In this document: in pieces, positions 8,628 to 18,223 of the stretch
Position numbering within the stretch: the stretch's first letter is position 1
How the letters are laid out: every line of letters starts with the position of its first letter
Virus record (IMG/VR): IMGVR_UViG_3300044780_000040
Origin: a virus
Length of the DNA: 46,444 bases
Reading direction: 5' to 3' (one strand)
Position numbers and translations under genes: made by a program
The notes under the pieces: generated by a model
What the model saw: the letters and a program-made list of their open reading frames with translations, nothing else
The model's database searches: none
Told to the model about the DNA's origin: nothing

Positions 8628-9378
8628 ATCCCCTATCTGGATAATAATATCCTTTCAATTTTCCCGTCGCTTGATCATAGACCGGCTTCGGAGCACTCGG
8701 AGCCGTGGGCGCCGCTGGCGCCGCAGAGGATGGGAGTCCAGTCTCCTCATCCGGCTCAGCCAAGTTGGTCTCGAACAATTTTCTCGCCGCGCCGAGTGCT
8801 TGCGGATTCGCCAGAAGATCCCCCTTTGTCTTCACATTCGGGAACTGTTTCTGTAATGCTTCAAGAATCGGATCTCCAACTTGGCCCATCGAAGAAGCGA
8901 GCGGATCAATCGGTTTTGCGAGCCACGTATTGAACGCCCTCTGTGTCGCAATCCTTCCACTCAAACCTTTCCCCACAGCAGTTTGAGCTGCGCGCTGAGC
9001 GAGCGCCTTTGTATAATCTCCATAATAACCTGTTTCTGTCTCTTTTCGACCTTGTTCTCTCTTTTTGAGCTCCATCTCTTCTTCTTGTTTGCTCAGACGT
9101 TCTTGCTCAGCAACATTTCTTTGCGAAGCCTCCGCCCCCTGACCAACAGCATTGGCGAATTGTCCGATCGCCGACTGTCCAGGAGCCCGCGGCTGAAGCA
9201 TCGCAAGACCAAACTGCAACATGGCAGCATTATTTTCTGGTCTAGAAGTCCACATATCCCACGCTTGACGGAGCTTAGAAGGCCCGCCAGCCTGCTTTGA
9301 CTCATCACTCGAAGCCTGATCACCTTGAGCCGCGGCCGTCGGATCGAATGGTGTATTGTCGTCAGCATACATTCTCAT
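8608..9378 (-). CDS. Hypothetical internal-virion-type protein (256 aa, Ala/Gln/Pro-rich, central coiled coil)
   Basis: ORF in the operon with overlapping neighbours. The functional label comes from composition and position only. Confidence 0.55.
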   Translation of the reverse strand: MRMYADDNTPFDPTAAAQGDQASSDESKQAGGPSKLRQAWDMWTSRPENNAAMLQFGLAMLQPRAPGQSAIGQFANAVGQGAEASQRNVAEQERLSKQEEEMELKKREQGRKETETGYYGDYTKALAQRAAQTAVGKGLSGRIATQRAFNTWLAKPIDPLASSMGQVGDPILEALQKQFPNVKTKGDLLANPQALGAARKLFETNLAEPDEETGLPSSAAPAAPTAPSAPKPVYDQATGKLKGYYYPDRGYVPNAQ

Positions 9379-10157
9379 GCGATCCTCCCCCTATTTAAAA
9401 ATGAAGCAAGACTTGCGATCTGGTTCGTTGGCCTCTGCCCAGCGAGCGCCAGAAGCTGTTGAATCCCCGGAGCATTAATACTTGTAGGACTCCGCACACT
9501 CGGCGTCCCGACCGGATTGACCGGCGGCGGCGCGAGCGCCTTGACCCCCGCAAGACTTTTTTGAAAATCCGACATCGCTTCGCCGAAATCGCCCTTTTTC
9601 TTATTCTGCGAACTCGTGTCTTCAGGTTTCTCTTCTGCGGCTCTTGGACCCTCCGCTGCTGCAACTTCCACCGGCTTCTTCACCGCGTCGAGATCTGCTC
9701 CAGCAGGTCTTGAAACCGGAAGCGGCGCGGGCCAATTCTGTCTGACTCCCGCAGGCATCACGGATTTCGGAATCGAAGTATCCGCAACCGCATCTCCCGG
9801 TTTCCATGGAACATCAGTCAGATTACCATACCTCGGATCTCCAACAATATCCTCTGGAGCAGGCGGCCTTGCCATCGGTGAATCTTGAGGCACAACAGGT
9901 TTTCCTCCCCATCCCATTGTCGGCGTCGCGGGCGGTGCTCCCGGAACATAGCTCGATGCAGATCCCGGTATTGTGGGCGGGGGCGCAATTCCCCTCTCAA
10001 TCAGTTTATCAATCGCAGACTGAGGATCAAGCGTATGTTGCTTTACGAAATCTTGAAGCTCACTCGGCTTAAGATTCGAAGCCCAATCTATGAGCGGATC
10101 TTGAGGACCAAGGTTCCACGGAGTGAAAGACATGGGATCGAAATCGTCGGCAGCCAT
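9375..10157 (-). CDS. Hypothetical Pro-rich virion protein (260 aa)
   Basis: ORF with a 4-nt overlap with the downstream gene. Function was not recognised. Confidence 0.55.
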   Translation of the reverse strand: MAADDFDPMSFTPWNLGPQDPLIDWASNLKPSELQDFVKQHTLDPQSAIDKLIERGIAPPPTIPGSASSYVPGAPPATPTMGWGGKPVVPQDSPMARPPAPEDIVGDPRYGNLTDVPWKPGDAVADTSIPKSVMPAGVRQNWPAPLPVSRPAGADLDAVKKPVEVAAAEGPRAAEEKPEDTSSQNKKKGDFGEAMSDFQKSLAGVKALAPPPVNPVGTPSVRSPTSINAPGIQQLLALAGQRPTNQIASLASFLNRGRIA

Positions 10158-10167
10158 TTTTTCCTCC

Positions 10168-11160
10168 TCACATCATAAAGAAGGGGAGCAGCTTGCCGAG
10201 CCCGCCCATCAGGCCGCCCGCAGCGCTCGCACCTCCAATTATTTGGCTAAAGGGATTCGCTTCTGTATTACTCGTCCCGACTGCTTGAGTCGAACCTCCC
10301 GGCAGCCCCGCCGCTCCCTGCGTCAACATTTGCGCCTTTAAGAGGGGGAGCATTTGCGCGAACATCGTAGCCTGATTCTGTGCATCCAGAACATTCTGCG
10401 CTTGCTGCTGCCTCACATCTCCGACTCCACTCGCTACCATGCCCGGAATAGTCTGCGCCATCGCCTGAGACGGCGATTGACCAATCGCTTGAAGCGTCGC
10501 ATTCAGGCCCTGACCGAGCGCCGTATTCATTATGTTCGCACCGGCCTGCCCTGCCGCCCTTTGTGCCCCCTGAGTGGAGAGGCCTTCCGCAATTCCCTGG
10601 CGACTACCCCCAAAATTAGCTCCCGCCCCCGCGGCGCCAGTAGCCTGCTGCCCTGGAATGACCGACTCCCTCAACTGATTATAGATTGGGTCCGTCGCCG
10701 CCTTGATCGCGTTCTGAACATAAGGATTCGATCCGGGATCGAGGAACGCTCCGCTCGACAAATATCGATTGGTGCCTCCAGCCGTACCTACAATATCCGC
10801 CATCGACGGACTTGCTCCAGCGCCGTCGGGTCCGCCCGCCGACATCCTTTCACCTTGAACCGTGCTGGGTCCTCCGCCTCCAGTTTCAGCCATACCGGGC
10901 ATAACGGCAGGTCGGAGCGTCCCCGACATCGTTCCCCCGGTCTGAGTTCCCGGTCCTCCGATCCCAGTTGTACCCAGAATCGCATTCTGTCCCGCAATTT
11001 GACTCGGATCGAAGGGCGCAACACCGGACGCCCCCGGCAGAGTCGGATTCGACGCCGCGAATTGTTGATACTGCGGATAGGCCAGACTAACCAAGCCCTG
11101 CTGTTCTGGAGTAAGTTGTTGCGTCGTCGTTTTGACGTCAGATTGAGTTGAACCACCCAT
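10168..11160 (-). CDS. Hypothetical Gly/Ala/Gln-rich internal-virion-type protein (330 aa)
   Basis: Long ORF with a low-complexity G/A/Q composition and a hydrophobic C-terminus (GGLMGGLGKLLPFFMM). It lies adjacent to the tail-fibre genes. Confidence 0.55.
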   Translation of the reverse strand: MGGSTQSDVKTTTQQLTPEQQGLVSLAYPQYQQFAASNPTLPGASGVAPFDPSQIAGQNAILGTTGIGGPGTQTGGTMSGTLRPAVMPGMAETGGGGPSTVQGERMSAGGPDGAGASPSMADIVGTAGGTNRYLSSGAFLDPGSNPYVQNAIKAATDPIYNQLRESVIPGQQATGAAGAGANFGGSRQGIAEGLSTQGAQRAAGQAGANIMNTALGQGLNATLQAIGQSPSQAMAQTIPGMVASGVGDVRQQQAQNVLDAQNQATMFAQMLPLLKAQMLTQGAAGLPGGSTQAVGTSNTEANPFSQIIGGASAAGGLMGGLGKLLPFFMM

Positions 11161-11645
11161 TAGTGCTCACTCCTCTTTCCGACCGGCTTATAGATGAAGA
11201 CAGCGTGGCGGAGCGCACCTTTTTGCCTCCTCTGAAGCATCCGCTCAATTCCCGGTCGAACCCGAGCGGTCATCATTCCACATCCCGCATCCGCCGCAAT
11301 GAATTCGAAAACTTCCTCCAATTCATCGAAGAAATCGAGCAGACCGATTCCGGCCGCCCCAATAATTTCGAATACCTTTTGTGCGGGAAAGCAAAGAATC
11401 TGCGTGAGCACTATCGCCCTTATATTTCCATCCGTGCAGCCCCAGACTTGAAGATCTCCAGCCTTTGCCCTCTGATACGTCCACTCAGGAGTATAGAAAT
11501 CATAATATCCCGGACAATTTGCAAGCAGCGACGCTACATCTGCCCAATAGAAATCGATCTGCGCCTCACTGAAGAGGAAAACTTTCCGATCTCCTTTTCC
11601 TTCAGCTTCTTGCAACATTACAACCTCGCATTGAATTTCATCCAC
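11160..11645 (-). CDS. Hypothetical protein (161 aa)
   Basis: ORF whose stop abuts the next start (11160). Globular-looking composition. No family was recognised with confidence. Confidence 0.6.
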   Translation of the reverse strand: MDEIQCEVVMLQEAEGKGDRKVFLFSEAQIDFYWADVASLLANCPGYYDFYTPEWTYQRAKAGDLQVWGCTDGNIRAIVLTQILCFPAQKVFEIIGAAGIGLLDFFDELEEVFEFIAADAGCGMMTARVRPGIERMLQRRQKGALRHAVFIYKPVGKRSEH

Positions 11646-12985
11646 GCATTTGTATTCCCTGCTTGCAGATACGCTGGCCCCAATGTCATTGCAGAACTAG
11701 TCACATCTATACGAATACTATCCGCACTACCATAAGAAAATGCGAAAGCCGTAGGAGTATAAATAGCCGAAGGCGCAACAATACCAAAATCTGCTGCGGC
11801 AGAAACCGAACAAGTCGGCGCAACCCGCATTCGAGTCGGAAACATGAACGGATGAAGCGAAAGCGTCGCATTATAGACCTCACCTGCAGCGAACGGTCCG
11901 CCAGCAATGTTTGGTCGGAATATGTTAAAATATCTTCGACAACGGAGCAATGTATCAATATAATCAGGCACCTGGAAGGGAGGAGCAGAACTTCCTTCAT
12001 ATAATCCGACATCGAATAATTCAAAAACATTTCCGACCGTCGCCATAAAATTAACTTGATTAGCCGAAGCAAGCAGGTTTCCAGCACCCCAGACATTCGG
12101 TGCCGTTTGATAACTCGAACCACATATAAATATCCAGAACAAATCGATCCCACGTCCAGTATCAGTCAACCAAGTCCCGGTCTGATCAAGTGGAAGAGTG
12201 ACAGACTTAACGACATCCGTATTCGCCTCCCCCGCCGCAATTGTATATTCGCAAATATAATGTCGATCTTGCGCACCATTCATCACTGCCAGACAGTAAG
12301 TGCCAGCCGGCCCCTTGCATCCGAATTGAATAGTTATTGTCTTAGCAGCTGAAGTCCCAGCTCTAAGATCCAACGCTTGTATACCTTCGATCATATGAGC
12401 GAGAGCATAAAAATCGGTCGCCCCTACTGTTGGATCTGCCGTCGCAACAGTCAATCTGGCTCGAGAAGGGGAATCTCCCGGAGTATAACTAGTTACCTGC
12501 GCTGCATTCACCACTGCTGTAGTATTGGAAAAAGTAGTGAAAAAATGATCTACAGGGTAATAACCCGACGTCGTTCCTACATTCGGTCCATTCTCTTGCG
12601 AGACCACCATCGCGCCGTTCATGACATAATTCTTCGGCGGAGGACCAATATTCGCCCAAATCTGAGAGATCTGCGCCGCGCTCAGACTCTGCTTCGTATT
12701 CCAAAGTAGATCCCCCCGTGAGGGGACCCACAGACTACCATTATAGCTATACAGCCCCTCTCCAAATCCGGGATTCCAACTCGTCCCATCCGCATAAATG
12801 ACGGTGCCTCTGCGAGGCTTCGGTGGCGCAGAGAAGAGAATCGTCTCTGGCTCAGTTAATTGGAAACTCGAAGCGACCTGTGCAAATTCATCTTCAGTAT
12901 ATTGTGCGAGATCCAAAACACTATCAGCGAGTTCTTCAAGCGAACCCGTATTAATTCCTTTCGCTTTTTTGGCCTTGAATGGCAT
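11618..12985 (-). CDS. Tail fibre / receptor-binding protein
   Basis: The N-terminal segment RGTVIYADGTSWNPGFGEGLYSYNGSLWVP is a pattern I recall from phage tail-fibre N-termini. The remainder is Ser/Thr/Gly/Ala-rich and looks beta-rich. Confidence 0.6.
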   Translation of the reverse strand: MPFKAKKAKGINTGSLEELADSVLDLAQYTEDEFAQVASSFQLTEPETILFSAPPKPRRGTVIYADGTSWNPGFGEGLYSYNGSLWVPSRGDLLWNTKQSLSAAQISQIWANIGPPPKNYVMNGAMVVSQENGPNVGTTSGYYPVDHFFTTFSNTTAVVNAAQVTSYTPGDSPSRARLTVATADPTVGATDFYALAHMIEGIQALDLRAGTSAAKTITIQFGCKGPAGTYCLAVMNGAQDRHYICEYTIAAGEANTDVVKSVTLPLDQTGTWLTDTGRGIDLFWIFICGSSYQTAPNVWGAGNLLASANQVNFMATVGNVFELFDVGLYEGSSAPPFQVPDYIDTLLRCRRYFNIFRPNIAGGPFAAGEVYNATLSLHPFMFPTRMRVAPTCSVSAAADFGIVAPSAIYTPTAFAFSYGSADSIRIDVTSSAMTLGPAYLQAGNTNAWMKFNARL

Positions 12986-14556
12986 TAGAACTTTCCAAGT
13001 GTCACCAAATCGAGCTTATATCCGTCAAGCTTCCATCCATTCTTTCCACTGATTTCAATGCAGAGCGTAGCACCCTCGGCACTAATATCGCAATATTTAC
13101 TCACACTCGGATCGAATGTCTGCGGCAAACTCCACCGCACCGGGCCACCCGGAATATCTTGTCCTCCCAACCGAATCTGAACCGCACTCCCCGACATTTT
13201 AGGCCAGACCCGATGGCACATCTTGCGCGTCTCGAAGTCCACAATCCATTCTCCAGACCTACGATTCCGTCCAACCATACTGAGTCCGACCCTCTGAATC
13301 AGACCAGTGAATTGAACTCCATCCCTTGTAAGACCGAGATCGAGTTGTTCAAATTTCGTCGCCGTCGGCTTGCAGAGCACAATTTTTCTTCTATTCGTAA
13401 TATCCCACGTTGTCGAATCACTGACCCACGAATTCGAATCCGAATCCCAGACTCCTGGATCAGACGTCTGAACCGTGCCAATCGCCGCCGCCTGAAAATC
13501 TACATCACACTCCGTCACCGCGAGCGTTTCATAATTCACAATTAGGGCTCGAGAAGGCAACTGATTTCCCAGACTTGGATAACAGAACCAACCTTCTCTT
13601 CGAACAGGATTGATAAAGACGAAACTGGATGCATAATAGCCAATATCGAGCGCATTGAAAAGGTAACGCTTTGTTTTCTTATCCAGAAGGGGCTTCGCAG
13701 AGTTCCCATCATGTAAATATATATTGTCTTGGGCGACGAAGAAGTGTCTCTGTCCATCTCCTGTGAGTGCAACACAACGCGGAGCCAGAAGACCCGTATT
13801 CTCCAAAAACGGATCTTCGTCGAAGATATATTGACCTCCCACATTCCGGAACCGCCAACAAGAATTTTCCTTATAGACGTAGAACCTCCCCTGAAGGCTG
13901 AGCCCGTCAACAATTTGGCCCGAATCCACATCAGACAGAGAAATTTGTCCCGCATTCTTCGTCGTGTCAGTAATATCCCAAGAGGGCGGTACAGAACCCG
14001 GATCTGCTGGATGGCTCCACCGAACATCATACGGCTTCAAGACTCCCGAATCAGTCAAATTGAGCGCCATCATATAAGGTCCAAATGCGCGAATAACTGC
14101 ACACCTGAGCGTCGCGGGCCAATTCGTCAAATTGGCCATCTTTGTCGCCGAAGAATACGCCCCCCAGAACTGCGGAACATCGACTCCATTATTGATTACA
14201 GGAATACCACCAATATTTGTCCCTTGCCATTGCGACGCACTCGAAGCATTATAGACCCCTCCGTCAGTCGTCCTTGTGATGTCGGTGTGCGTTGTGCCAT
14301 TGTAGGCATAGATTTTATTCAGACCAGCATAGAGCCACCAAGGCTGCCCCGGTGCAGAAACAAATTGCGCAAAATACGGCGCGACACCCGGACTTCCGAA
14401 AATTTGCGTATATCCAAGAAGCTGGACAATGCTGTCGTCTTCAAACCGGACGTTTTCAGCGAGTGTCCAGGCTTCCGGCGGAAGCTCGTGGGGCGGGGAA
14501 TCTCTAACGACTCCCACGCTTGCCACGTCGTTTATGTCGATCTGTATTTCTGGCAT
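12985..14556 (-). CDS. Virion structural protein (523 aa; putative tail/nozzle component)
   Basis: Large ORF between the two fibre genes with a Trp/Gly/Asp-rich, beta-type composition. The family was not identified. Confidence 0.5.
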   Translation of the reverse strand: MPEIQIDINDVASVGVVRDSPPHELPPEAWTLAENVRFEDDSIVQLLGYTQIFGSPGVAPYFAQFVSAPGQPWWLYAGLNKIYAYNGTTHTDITRTTDGGVYNASSASQWQGTNIGGIPVINNGVDVPQFWGAYSSATKMANLTNWPATLRCAVIRAFGPYMMALNLTDSGVLKPYDVRWSHPADPGSVPPSWDITDTTKNAGQISLSDVDSGQIVDGLSLQGRFYVYKENSCWRFRNVGGQYIFDEDPFLENTGLLAPRCVALTGDGQRHFFVAQDNIYLHDGNSAKPLLDKKTKRYLFNALDIGYYASSFVFINPVRREGWFCYPSLGNQLPSRALIVNYETLAVTECDVDFQAAAIGTVQTSDPGVWDSDSNSWVSDSTTWDITNRRKIVLCKPTATKFEQLDLGLTRDGVQFTGLIQRVGLSMVGRNRRSGEWIVDFETRKMCHRVWPKMSGSAVQIRLGGQDIPGGPVRWSLPQTFDPSVSKYCDISAEGATLCIEISGKNGWKLDGYKLDLVTLGKF

Positions 14557-14597
14557 CAGCTTTCGTCTTCGCCCTCGGTTTCGACTTCTTTTTGACG

Positions 14598-14906
14598 TCA
14601 GGTCGCCTTGTGTGTGCTCGTGCCGCCTGACGCCCCAGCGGTATGTGCCGACTTTGCTTCCTTCGCCTTTGCAGCTTCCGGATCGACCTTCTTCTCTTCA
14701 GCGTCGATCGCGTCTTCGAGGGCTTTCAGATTCCCTTTTGTCGATTCGAGAAGCTTTTTGTAATTATCCTTCTCTTCATCCGTCGGCTTCGGCTTCTCCG
14801 GGGGAGCGCTGGGGTCCGGCTCGGGGGTCATCTTTTCAGTGGCCCCTGTAAGAGCCTTCAAGTCTCCCTGGAGCCGCGCAGCTAGATCTTCAATTTGTTT
14901 GCTCAT
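14598..14906 (-). CDS. Hypothetical coiled-coil, Lys/Glu-rich protein (102 aa)
   Basis: ORF with a 4-nt overlap with the upstream gene. Confidence 0.5.
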   Translation of the reverse strand: MSKQIEDLAARLQGDLKALTGATEKMTPEPDPSAPPEKPKPTDEEKDNYKKLLESTKGNLKALEDAIDAEEKKVDPEAAKAKEAKSAHTAGASGGTSTHKAT

Positions 14907-15127
14907 CTCAGATCACCTTCTATCTGTTTACGAACTTCCTCACAAGTTTCAATCACCGTTACGAATTTGCCATCTGCCAGATTTATTAGGCACTTGGCTT
15001 TCTCAGTGAAGTGCTTTGATCCCTCCTCTTTTGATTGCCTCAAACTTGTAATTTCCTCCACATTAACGACGACTTGGCCTCCATCAACCAAATGCAGAAT
15101 GATTAGAATAACAAAAACATTCATCAC
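14903..15127 (-). CDS. Hypothetical small protein (74 aa)
   Basis: ORF with 4-nt overlaps on both sides. Confidence 0.5.
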   Translation of the reverse strand: MMNVFVILIILHLVDGGQVVVNVEEITSLRQSKEEGSKHFTEKAKCLINLADGKFVTVIETCEEVRKQIEGDLR

Positions 15128-16134
15128 TCTGTTACCAAAAGCCTCGCCACCATGATTGACGGTTGGAGATTTGAATGCGAACCGCCGCCACCAGTACTCG
15201 CCGTTTGGTCTGCACCATTCGCTGTACTGACCCGAACACCAGTCACCGCAGCGGCAGTAGTACCGCCCAGAGTAGAGGTACTAGAATAGAAATAGTTCGG
15301 CGTCGAACCTGTTCCGGGGCCAACCGCCGGACCTGTATAGTTGAAGCTATGCGAATGCCCTGGATCGATAATCGGCGCTCCATGAAAATGCGCCGGAATC
15401 TGCGCATTCGTAAGCGTAACAGCATCGACGCCGCCTGTAGCGCCGAGCGTACTTCCATTAATCAAACCACTCGGCAAGCGTCCAGCCGCAGTGCCACCAA
15501 TATTATCTAAAGTCTGTAAAGCGTAACCTCGAATATCCGGTGCATTCGCACCAAGAGCCACCGCATATTCTGGATAATTTGCCGCTGCGAGCGCGCGGCC
15601 GTCCGGCCATTCAAAACCAGCGGGCGCAACCGCTGCACCGCCCGGACCCCAATACGCCAAGATCGTTCCAATCGGGAAACTATGAGACCTCGGAATATAC
15701 CACGTCGAGCCATCCCAAATAGCATACTGCATTCTACTCGGAACCGCGCGCCGTGCCTTTGCAACGGTGTAACCTCCAGAATTAACATTCCCGCTTGGCG
15801 GAACAACAAAAATCGGATTAGCATCGAGCGTTGTCTTTATAAAGCAGACCTTCCATCCTTGGTCCGCCGCGGTCAGGGTCGGCAGCGTTAATGTCACCGC
15901 TCCCGCCGCAGTCGAGCAATATATAATGCTTTCTCCATCGGAGCGTTGAATAGTATAGTTCGCAGTTTTAGAAATCGTTGAAGGAAGTTGAAACGCTCGA
16001 CTCGCCCCGGTGAATGTATTCTGCAAAACCTGCTTAATTAACCGAATATGATCATCACCCTGAGACTTTGGATCTGTTCCCGGAGGGTTTGTCGGCTGAA
16101 GATCCGCTATATACGTTGCAGTCTCGACTGTCAT
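15124..16134 (-). CDS. Tail fibre protein with a phage-tail-collar-type domain
   Basis: The N-terminus YIADLQPTNPPGTDPKSQGDDHIRLIKQVLQNTF is typical of fibre N-termini. PIGTILAYWGP...PAGFEWPDGRAL...YPEYAVALG...APDIRGY matches the tail-collar pattern (G.I..F....P.GW..CDG..L....Y..L......PDLRG). Confidence 0.7.
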   Translation of the reverse strand: MTVETATYIADLQPTNPPGTDPKSQGDDHIRLIKQVLQNTFTGASRAFQLPSTISKTANYTIQRSDGESIIYCSTAAGAVTLTLPTLTAADQGWKVCFIKTTLDANPIFVVPPSGNVNSGGYTVAKARRAVPSRMQYAIWDGSTWYIPRSHSFPIGTILAYWGPGGAAVAPAGFEWPDGRALAAANYPEYAVALGANAPDIRGYALQTLDNIGGTAAGRLPSGLINGSTLGATGGVDAVTLTNAQIPAHFHGAPIIDPGHSHSFNYTGPAVGPGTGSTPNYFYSSTSTLGGTTAAAVTGVRVSTANGADQTASTGGGGSHSNLQPSIMVARLLVTE

Positions 16135-16868
16135 AACCGGCTCCCCATCGAACGCCTCTTCCCAGCCTCACTCCGATTAATCGTGGCGCGAAACAAATTA
16201 TCCTCCGCCCCTTGAAGAATCGTACTTGCCGTCTGAACTCCATCCTTATTTCCCAGATCCGCGCAAATCTTCAGCGCCGCGTGGCCAATCAGAACCCACG
16301 GCGCGAACTTTAACCATTTGTTTTCCATTCCAAGAGTCTGAGCAGCGTCCTGAGCCCAATAACGCCACGAAATATTATAAACTCCATCAGGAGTAGGATA
16401 AAGAAGGACAAAGCTATCCCCGAGATAATAATCAATAGGCACTCCGGGTCCCACCGAACTCCCCGTATCGTAACGCGCACCTGCGGGATTATAGTAGACG
16501 TAAGGCCATTCACCGAAATAACGGACTTGGGAATCCTGAAAACTCTGCTTCTTAAGAAACACGGTCCGCGAGCGTGAATCCCCCGGAACCTGCGGCGGGC
16601 TTGCCCCTGAAGATTGGAGATAGATGAATAGATTCCCATCTTTCTCCTCCGTGTCTTCAATATAATCGCTCGGAATACTATACTGCGCAACATTATAAGA
16701 CGTAACGATGGCGGTCGGATTCTCTTTTCTGAGAAACCACGGATACGTGCGGCTCGGTTTTTCACGCTCATTCTGCGCGTATTGGAGCGCCCGAGTGATC
16801 TCGGCAACCTTATCCGACCGCCATCCGGCGATCTGCTGAACTTCAGCGATGGCCTGATCGAGTATCAT
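16131..16868 (-). CDS. Putative head-tail adaptor / structural protein (245 aa)
   Basis: The call rests on position between the head genes and the fibres and on an ATGA overlap with the upstream small gene. The family was not firmly recognised. Confidence 0.4.
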   Translation of the reverse strand: MILDQAIAEVQQIAGWRSDKVAEITRALQYAQNEREKPSRTYPWFLRKENPTAIVTSYNVAQYSIPSDYIEDTEEKDGNLFIYLQSSGASPPQVPGDSRSRTVFLKKQSFQDSQVRYFGEWPYVYYNPAGARYDTGSSVGPGVPIDYYLGDSFVLLYPTPDGVYNISWRYWAQDAAQTLGMENKWLKFAPWVLIGHAALKICADLGNKDGVQTASTILQGAEDNLFRATINRSEAGKRRSMGSRL

Positions 16869-17026
16869 CTCTGCTTCCTTTTTCCCTTTTTCACTCTTTT
16901 AGGAAGTTTTCCACCTTTATCCGCCTGAATATAATCCTTCCCGACGGACTTAGGAATTCCAAGAGTCGAGTGGCCACTCATAGCCGCGCCCATCGCTCGA
17001 CGCTGGGCTTCACTTTTCGGGGGCAT
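16865..17026 (-). CDS. Small basic protein, DUF3008-like (53 aa; below the ORF-track cutoff)
   Basis: My translation is [59 protein letters not shown] lies upstream, and the KS.AQ.RAMGAA start resembles DUF3008. The stop overlaps the next ATG (ATGA). Confidence 0.6.
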   Translation of the reverse strand: MPPKSEAQRRAMGAAMSGHSTLGIPKSVGKDYIQADKGGKLPKRVKKGKRKQR

Positions 17027-17028
17027 TT

Positions 17029-17244
17029 TCAACCTCCCTTTAATCGTGGCACCGGAACATCAGCCCCAATGAACTGAAGCAGGAGCAGAATAATAATCAA
17101 GACTCCCACCACAATGATCGCCACTCGCGCCACCCGATTAAACGGCTCGGGGAGCGGGACCACATCGATCAGATAGAGGAGTAACCAGACGATTACTCCA
17201 ATAATGATCATATATATCACAAGATATATGAGCCCCGCGATCAT
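17029..17244 (-). CDS. Small membrane protein with two predicted TM helices (71 aa; holin-like candidate)
   Basis: [30 protein letters not shown]...[23 protein letters not shown]. The internal ATG at 17244 follows the TAA of the upstream gene by 1 nt. Confidence 0.55.
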   Translation of the reverse strand: MIAGLIYLVIYMIIIGVIVWLLLYLIDVVPLPEPFNRVARVAIIVVGVLIIILLLLQFIGADVPVPRLKGG

Positions 17245-17245
17245 T

Positions 17246-17452
17246 TTACATCCCCGGCTTCTTGATTGGTCCGAGCGCGGCAGAGAGTGCTGCCGGGGGC
17301 TCTTGACTCCCCGCTCCATACATCCCAGCCATGTTCGGATTCATTTCTTGTCCACCCCGATCATCTCGAGATGGCCGCTTTTCCCTTCTTTCTTCCGGAT
17401 CTCTCGGCTTGCGCTTGCTGACCGACCGCGCTTTCTTGAATCCCTTTGCCAT
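17246..17452 (-). CDS. Small basic protein (68 aa)
   Basis: MAKGFKKARSVSKRKPRDPEERREKRPSRDD... The ATG overlaps the upstream TGA (TGATG). Confidence 0.5.
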   Translation of the reverse strand: MAKGFKKARSVSKRKPRDPEERREKRPSRDDRGGQEMNPNMAGMYGAGSQEPPAALSAALGPIKKPGM

Positions 17453-17604
17453 CACTGACTCCTTCGAGCTGGTTTTTTCCCTTTTGGCGGTCCCCCTCTC
17501 TGACTAAGCCCCGGCGGAGCATTTCGCGCCGCCATCCTTTGCTCTTTTGTTCGAACCTTAGAGCCCTTTACAGGAGGGCGATCTCCTCTTCCTTTTCTTG
17601 CCAT
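17452..17604 (-). CDS. Small, very basic protein (50 aa; below the ORF-track cutoff)
   Basis: My translation is MARKGRGDRPPVKGSKVRTKEQRMAARNAPPGLSQRGGPPKGKKPARRSQ. It starts 5 nt after the upstream stop. Confidence 0.45.
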   Translation of the reverse strand: MARKGRGDRPPVKGSKVRTKEQRMAARNAPPGLSQRGGPPKGKKPARRSQ

Positions 17605-17608
17605 CGCG

Positions 17609-17770
17609 CTACCCCTTCACTCTTTTCAGGTGGGGATTTCTTTTCTTCGCAGCAGCGCTCGCTCTTCGCGTCCCCGCTGCGAGCATCGCACCGGCGCGCT
17701 CTTCTGAAACTCCCTGCTTCCGAGCGATGCTTTTTTGTACATTCTTGAAACCCGGATGTTTCTTCGCCAT
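17609..17770 (-). CDS. Small basic protein (53 aa; below the ORF-track cutoff)
   Basis: My translation is MAKKHPGFKNVQKSIARKQGVSEERAGAMLAAGTRRASAAAKKRNPHLKRVKG. TGGAGG lies 5 nt upstream of the ATG. Confidence 0.55.
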   Translation of the reverse strand: MAKKHPGFKNVQKSIARKQGVSEERAGAMLAAGTRRASAAAKKRNPHLKRVKG

Positions 17771-17787
17771 TGACGCCTCCAAAGGTT

Positions 17788-17820
17788 AATGGGGACATCA
17801 TCGACCTGATAATGTCCCCA
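17788..17820 (-). promoter_or_regulatory. Copy a of the 33-nt palindromic motif (minus strand TGGGGACATTATCAGGTCGATGATGTCCCCATT); it can also fold as an 8-bp-stem hairpin
   Basis: GGGGACAT (17791-17798) pairs with ATGTCCCC (17812-17819). The motif lies between the stop at 17828 and the ATG at 17770. Confidence 0.6.
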
Positions 17821-17827
17821 ATTACAC

Positions 17828-18223
17828 CTAACCTCCACCTCCCGGCTGCGGCTTCCCTCCAGATCCAGGGAAATATCCCCATCCATAGACCGGATGCCAA
17901 CCCCACCCTCCTTGAGGCGGCGGCGGCTTCGGAGTCGTCGGATCAGTCGGAATATCCGGCGGAGACTCTGGCGGAATAATCGGACCTCCACCCGCGACCG
18001 GCGGATAACCCGGCTTATCAGGAAGATCCATTCCGGGCGGTCCCCAAATCGGGAACGCCGGAACACCCGGAGGAGTGTCAGGCTGCGCCGGAGGAAGTAC
18101 CGGCCCGCCATCGACCATAAGACCAGCAATCCACGCATTCCCTACAATCGTGACCGGCTGCGGTGGGTCCTTCTTATTTTTCGGATAACTGACTCCACTG
18201 ATTACAACAGGAACATACGCCAT
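17828..18223 (-). CDS. Hypothetical Pro/Gly/Trp-rich protein (131 aa)
   Basis: The ATG at 18223 is preceded by AAAGGAGAGG. The sequence is PP-rich and ends GGWGWHPVYGWGYFPGSGGKPQPGGGG. Confidence 0.55.
   Translation of the reverse strand: MAYVPVVISGVSYPKNKKDPPQPVTIVGNAWIAGLMVDGGPVLPPAQPDTPPGVPAFPIWGPPGMDLPDKPGYPPVAGGGPIIPPESPPDIPTDPTTPKPPPPQGGWGWHPVYGWGYFPGSGGKPQPGGGG

Noticed and set aside
14903-15127. Resemblance of the 74-aa protein (ILHLVDGGQVVVNVEEI...LADGKFVTVIETCEEVRKQI) to flagellar FlbD
   Set aside because: The similarity is only a loose spacing pattern in a very short protein, and there is no supporting context.
11618-16134. A diversity-generating retroelement targeting the fibre genes
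   Set aside because: No reverse transcriptase ORF exists anywhere in the genome, and I saw no template/variable repeat pair near the fibre 3' ends.
17568-18138. Minus-strand ORFs of 112 and 170 aa (17568-17906, 17626-18138)
   Set aside because: These are Arg-rich alternate frames overlapping the SD-preceded small basic genes and the Pro-rich gene. Part of the 170-aa ORF (WGHYQVDDVPI) is just the translated palindromic motif.
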